A stretch of DNA of 64,000 nt from Candidatus Melainabacteria bacterium 17Bon1m (GTDB taxonomy: Bacteria; Cyanobacteriota; Vampirovibrionia; Obscuribacterales; Obscuribacteraceae): positions 1 through 64,000 of the forward strand of contig JAVLKG010000016.1 in assembly GCA_032128875.1 (NCBI GenBank). Reading direction: 5' to 3'. Position 1 is the first letter of the stretch. The number at the start of each line of letters is the position of its first letter. The translations under genes and the position numbers were made by a program. This document shows, in pieces, positions 59,691 through 64,000 of the stretch. The notes below the pieces were generated by a model. The model had not been told where the DNA came from and did no database searches. It was given only the letters and a program-made list of their open reading frames with translations.

Positions 59691-60899
59691 TTATCTGCCC
59701 ATGCCTAATTGTTGAGCGGTCTGGAACACTTTTCCTTCAGTCAGGATGGACGGTGCGATGATCACCTCAACCTGCTGCATCTCTGCCAAATTAGTGGCGC
59801 CCAGTGTCCCCATACTGGTCTTCAGTGCTCCGACAAGATTCTGTGAGCCGTCGTCGGTGCGTGCCGGCCCGGTCAAAATCTCCGCAAGACTTGCTGACGT
59901 GCCCACCTTGATTCTTGTTCCGCGCGGCAAGACCGGGCTGGGCGTTGCCATTCCCCAGTGGAAGCCGCGTCCTGGCGCTTCTTTGGCTCTGGAGAAAGGT
60001 GAGCCAATCATAGTGATGTCCGCGCCGCAGGCGATAGCTTTGCAGATATCTCCGCCCACGCCCATGCCGCCGTCGGCAATGATTATCGGCGCTACGCCGT
60101 GCTTTTCAGCGTAGGTTTGTTTGGCGGCAGAGCAGTCCGCAATCGCTGTAGCCATGGGCACACCGATGCCGAGCACTCCACGCGATGTGCATGCTGCGCC
60201 TGGTCCGACACCCACCAGCACGCCTGCTACGCCGGTCTCCATCAGTTCCAAGCATGTCTGATAAGTGACGCAATTGCCCACTATGACGGGGCATCCAATC
60301 TTTTTGGTGAACTTGTTGAGGTTCAGGCTTGGCTGACCCATTGCCGATTTGTGTTCTATACCTGTGACTGTCGATTGAACGAAAAGCACGCCTAGTCCAG
60401 CTTCCACTGCGATCGGACCATATTTTTCAGCCCAGTTGGGAGTGACGGAAGCGGCAACCAGTACACCACTTTGCTTGATTTCGGCGATTCGTTTTGCGAT
60501 CAAACTTTCTTGCACTGGCGCTGTGTACAGCTTTTGCATCAGTTGCACGAAGCTGTCTTTATCGCTCTTCGCAATCTCATCGTACGCTTCTTCAGTATCT
60601 TCGTATCGTGTCTGCAACCCCTGAAGATTCAAAACGCCCAGCGAGCCAAGCTTGCCGAGCGCTATCGCCATTTTTACGTCAACGCAGCTGTCCATGGCGC
60701 TTGCGATGATTGGGATTTCCAGCTTGTGATAACCAAGTTTGACGGATATATCGCAAACTTCAGGGTCAGCCGTAAGAGAACCAGGCACCAGAGCGATTTC
60801 ATCGAACCCGTAAGCGCGTCTAGTGCGCTTCCCTAACCCGATCATCATTCCGCCTTGCGCGAGCCTATCCTGGTATTCAAGCGACTTGCTGGTCGTCAT
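59691..60899 (-). CDS. guaB3: GuaB3-type IMP dehydrogenase-related protein
   Basis: RAYGFDEIALVP, ASAMD, GVGPGAACTSR, IIADGG, WGMATP. Confidence 0.9.
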   Translation of the reverse strand: MTTSKSLEYQDRLAQGGMMIGLGKRTRRAYGFDEIALVPGSLTADPEVCDISVKLGYHKLEIPIIASAMDSCVDVKMAIALGKLGSLGVLNLQGLQTRYEDTEEAYDEIAKSDKDSFVQLMQKLYTAPVQESLIAKRIAEIKQSGVLVAASVTPNWAEKYGPIAVEAGLGVLFVQSTVTGIEHKSAMGQPSLNLNKFTKKIGCPVIVGNCVTYQTCLELMETGVAGVLVGVGPGAACTSRGVLGIGVPMATAIADCSAAKQTYAEKHGVAPIIIADGGMGVGGDICKAIACGADITMIGSPFSRAKEAPGRGFHWGMATPSPVLPRGTRIKVGTSASLAEILTGPARTDDGSQNLVGALKTSMGTLGATNLAEMQQVEVIIAPSILTEGKVFQTAQQLGMGR

Positions 60900-61036
60900 T
60901 TTGTAACCGCCTTTGGGACTTGGTTAGTGGTTTCCGAATATATGAAGTAGGTGTATTCTCTTCACTTGCATTTGATTGACCTTAGCTTACCAGTCAAGTA
61001 GTCCTTTCTTCCCACTTTGAGAGCGAACCTTCACAG

Positions 61037-62230
61037 ATGAAACCACTTACAGTCATTGGGCTCAATTCCGGTACGTCCATGGACGGCATTGATGCAGCGG
61101 TTTTTCGGATAGAACCAGTAGGTAGCGGTCATGTAAACGGTTCTGCAGATTCCACACCGGCTCTTAAATTCACAATGTTGGGCAGCATTCTTTATCCGTT
61201 TCAAAATAGATTTCGCGACCGGCTCATGCGCCTTGTCGGCTCAGGCACCGCCACTCTCGAGGAGGTTTGTCTGCTCAATACTTCTCTTGGCGAGATTTTT
61301 GCCGAGGCTGTTTTGCGACTTTTGAAAGTGAGCGGCTTGTCGAAAAACGATGTCGATTTGATTGGCTCGCACGGTCAAACCATCTGGCATTGCCCGGATG
61401 CTAAGTCGCTTTGGGGAACAAACTCTGCCGGGACATTGCAACTTGGCGAACCTTCCGTCATCGCTTTACGCACTGGCATTCCTGTCGTTGCTGACTTCAG
61501 AACCGCCGATCTGGCAGTTGGAGGGCAAGGCGCGCCGCTTGTTTCCTTCGCTGATGCTGTGCTGTTTGGGCAAGATCATCGAGCTACCGGTGTGCTTAAT
61601 ATTGGTGGCATCGCCAATCTTACGGCGATTAATGACCACGGAAAGGCTGTCGCAGCTTTCGATACAGGTCCTGGTAACATGCTTATCGACCGCGCTTGTC
61701 AATTATATTTCGATTGCGAATTTGACGATGACGGAAAGATTGCCGCCGGTGGGCAGGTCATAGAACCGTGGTTGCAACAAATGAAAGCGCATCCGTATTT
61801 CAAACGGCAACCACCAAAAACCACTGGACGTGAGCTTTTCGGATTTAACTATTTCGACCAACATGTTGTTCCGTATGTGGAGAAAGAAAAAATCGGAAAG
61901 GCTGATGTTGTGAAAACGCTCACCGCATTCACCTCGTCTTCAATTGCCGATGGATACAACGATTTCATCAAACCGAAAACAAAAATCGAAAGACTGGTTT
62001 TGGGTGGTGGTGGAACATTCAACAGCGAGTTGGTTCGGCTGTTGAAAAGCTATTGGCCTAACGAAGTCTCTGTCGCTCGCCATGAGGATTTTGGCATCTC
62101 GACAAAGTACAAGGAAGCATTGCTTTTTGCATTGTTGGCGTACACAAATTACTTCGGAATTCACAACAACGTGCCAGTTTGCACCGGCGCATCGCGCCCC
62201 GTCTGCCTCGGAAAACTCGTTAGGGCGTGA
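61037..62230 (+). CDS. anmK: Anhydro-N-acetylmuramic acid kinase
   Basis: GLNSGTSMDGID, GSHGQTIWH, DFRTADLAVGGQGAPL, NIGGIAN, FDTGPGN, PPKTTGRE. Confidence 0.96.
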   Translation: MKPLTVIGLNSGTSMDGIDAAVFRIEPVGSGHVNGSADSTPALKFTMLGSILYPFQNRFRDRLMRLVGSGTATLEEVCLLNTSLGEIFAEAVLRLLKVSGLSKNDVDLIGSHGQTIWHCPDAKSLWGTNSAGTLQLGEPSVIALRTGIPVVADFRTADLAVGGQGAPLVSFADAVLFGQDHRATGVLNIGGIANLTAINDHGKAVAAFDTGPGNMLIDRACQLYFDCEFDDDGKIAAGGQVIEPWLQQMKAHPYFKRQPPKTTGRELFGFNYFDQHVVPYVEKEKIGKADVVKTLTAFTSSSIADGYNDFIKPKTKIERLVLGGGGTFNSELVRLLKSYWPNEVSVARHEDFGISTKYKEALLFALLAYTNYFGIHNNVPVCTGASRPVCLGKLVRA

Positions 62231-62358
62231 TGTAGGGACTACGAAAGCTTCGTTGTGCGAGCTTTTCTTGGTTGAGAACCATTCAAATCTGGTATGGTTC
62301 ATTCGTAAGACGAACGCACCGAGCGCTCAACATAATCAATCGCCGTTGGGGAAAAGCA

Positions 62359-63570
62359 ATGCCTACAACTGACACGGATCTCGTGCTTCATTTGCCGGAT
62401 GACATCAACTACGAATGCACTGGCTGCGGCAAGTGCTGCGGTGGGTGGTCCGTGCCAATGACGCAAGACGATTACGAGCGCATTTCAGCTGTCGATTGGA
62501 GTGAGTACGATAGTCGCTATCAAATGCAGGATTTGTTTCGTGAACTCAAGCCCTACGAATCAAGCGGTACTCCGTATGGCTACGCGATCAAAGAAGGTGG
62601 CGACGGACATTGCCCTTTCCTCAAAGACAATCTTTGTTTCATTCACTCCAAGCACGGTTCAACATTCAAGCCTTCGATTTGCCAGTTGTTTCCTTACTGC
62701 TTCAACGAGACACCGAGCGGCATTTATGCGACCGTTAGTTTCGTAAGCATGGGTGTCGTCAACAATTCCGGCAAGCCATTGACCGAACAACGTGACTATC
62801 TGGAGAGCAAACTCAAAGAATTCAAAACGCTTTTCCCCGATCACCATCCTAACTGGTCCAATCTGAAACTGGCTGTGGATAAGCCTCTTACCTGGGATGA
62901 GTATCTCGAAATCGAAAAGGAAATGCTTGCGATTTGGTCTGAGCGTGACAAGTCGCTCGATCTTCGCTTCCTCGCAATCTCGGACATGCTGCTCGAAAAA
63001 TTCAAAGGAGTGCCCGTGGCACCGCCTTCCAGCGTGGGCCCTATGAAGAATGTAGATAAGCAATTACTAGTTGCTCTATATAAGATCTACTTCCCGCACA
63101 AAAAGCTAGGAAGAGGTGAAGGTGATTTCAATGCAGGTAGGTTCACCTATCAGATGATGTTCGAGGGTATCTTCCCCGGGCTGCGCCTGCGTTCGCCAAC
63201 GAGGTCGTACAGTTTCGAAGAGCTCGAGAAAATCGATTTCCCCGAAGACAAGGACGTAGAGGACCTCATCTACCGCTACTTTCGCTCGCGCATCTTCGGC
63301 AAACTCTATTTCGGCGCCGGTTTTGGCCAATTGAGTCTGATCACCGGCTTTCACCATCTGCTTCTTACATATGTACTTCTAAAAGAGAATTCAAAGATAG
63401 TAGCCCTGTCGCGCGGAGCCAGTGTGCCTAGCTACTTAGACGTAGTTGTTGCCGTGCGCACTTTGGAAAAACGCCTGGGAGAAACATCCTTAGGCGGCTA
63501 TGCAGCGGCGATTTTGGAACTGCTGCTCTTTAGTCCTGGACGAATGCGGCGGATTCTCACACATACCTAG
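62359..63570 (+). CDS. YkgJ-family cysteine cluster protein
   Basis: CTGCGKCC, CPFL...C.IH...KP.IC..FP. Confidence 0.85.
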   Translation: MPTTDTDLVLHLPDDINYECTGCGKCCGGWSVPMTQDDYERISAVDWSEYDSRYQMQDLFRELKPYESSGTPYGYAIKEGGDGHCPFLKDNLCFIHSKHGSTFKPSICQLFPYCFNETPSGIYATVSFVSMGVVNNSGKPLTEQRDYLESKLKEFKTLFPDHHPNWSNLKLAVDKPLTWDEYLEIEKEMLAIWSERDKSLDLRFLAISDMLLEKFKGVPVAPPSSVGPMKNVDKQLLVALYKIYFPHKKLGRGEGDFNAGRFTYQMMFEGIFPGLRLRSPTRSYSFEELEKIDFPEDKDVEDLIYRYFRSRIFGKLYFGAGFGQLSLITGFHHLLLTYVLLKENSKIVALSRGASVPSYLDVVVAVRTLEKRLGETSLGGYAAAILELLLFSPGRMRRILTHT

Positions 63571-63578
63571 AGCGGAGC

Positions 63579-63660
63579 GTGGGGGCGCGTTGCACGCGCC
63601 CGTTTGTGTCTTTGGTCGCATGCAATGCGACCCCACGATTGCCCGTTTGTGTCTTTGGAC
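63579..63660. repeat. REP-like doublet with duplicated spacer
   Basis: GTGGGGGCGCGTTGCACGCGCCC, GGTCGCATGCAATGCGACCCCAC and two copies of GCCCGTTTGTGTCTTTGG. Confidence 0.7.
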
Positions 63661-63929
63661 CCCACGAACGTCTCCGGAGTCTTAAACCCACGACCCATAC
63701 AGAGGTTCCCGGGTTGTCAAATTTTGTGAAAGGTCCGCTATCGTTTTACTAGTCAGCATTATGGGGCTCGGCTCTGGGTTGATGTGTATTCCACACAACA
63801 ATTTCCCCGTTGACTTGCTTTGGTCTTTCTTGTAATCTACCCGCACTGATTCCAAGTGGTCGCGCTTTCTGCGACCAGTTTTTAAATTCACTTACTAAAT
63901 TTTGAATATAACTGGCAGGAGGTTCTCTA

Positions 63930-64000
63930 ATGATCCGTAAACTTACTATGTCTGCTCTCGTCGTCGTCGCCCTCGCAATGAACGTTCCAGCATTTGCGCA
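63930..64000 (+). CDS. Start of an exported protein (truncated by the window edge)
   Basis: RBS AGGAGG, then signal peptide MIRKLTMSALVVVALAMNVPAFA. Confidence 0.7.
   Translation, partial: MIRKLTMSALVVVALAMNVPAFA

Overview
Chromosomal window of a bacterium, most likely a non-photosynthetic cyanobacterial relative (Vampirovibrionia/'Melainabacteria', Obscuribacterales-like). This is inferred from the cyanobacterial-type tRNA-Ile, a GuaB3-type IMPDH and the expansion of histidine kinase, Ser/Thr kinase-LRR and TPR genes. From left to right: the 5' part of a 23S rRNA with tRNA-Ala but no linked 16S gene; a dense signalling cluster (3-18 kb) that includes an apparently split, complementary histidine kinase pair and a zeta-toxin-like two-gene module; five signal-peptide-less effector-like proteins (18-26 kb; LysM, HExxH metallopeptidase, EF-hand, Ntox44-like toxin), four of which share an 11-bp direct-repeat promoter motif; stand-alone tRNA-Ile and tRNA-Ala; TPR proteins; a tandem array of divergent membrane-protein paralogs; tyrS and leuS; capD-larE-larB; a tandem-kinase/vWA (TerY-like) divergon; a multi-domain peptidoglycan hydrolase; a patatin plus acyl-activating/ACP/acyltransferase operon; an HTH plus nucleotidyltransferase (AbiE/type IV TA-like) pair; htrA, guaB3, anmK and a YkgJ protein. 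REP-like palindromes are dispersed throughout. All calls come from motif recognition by eye; no database searches were run.
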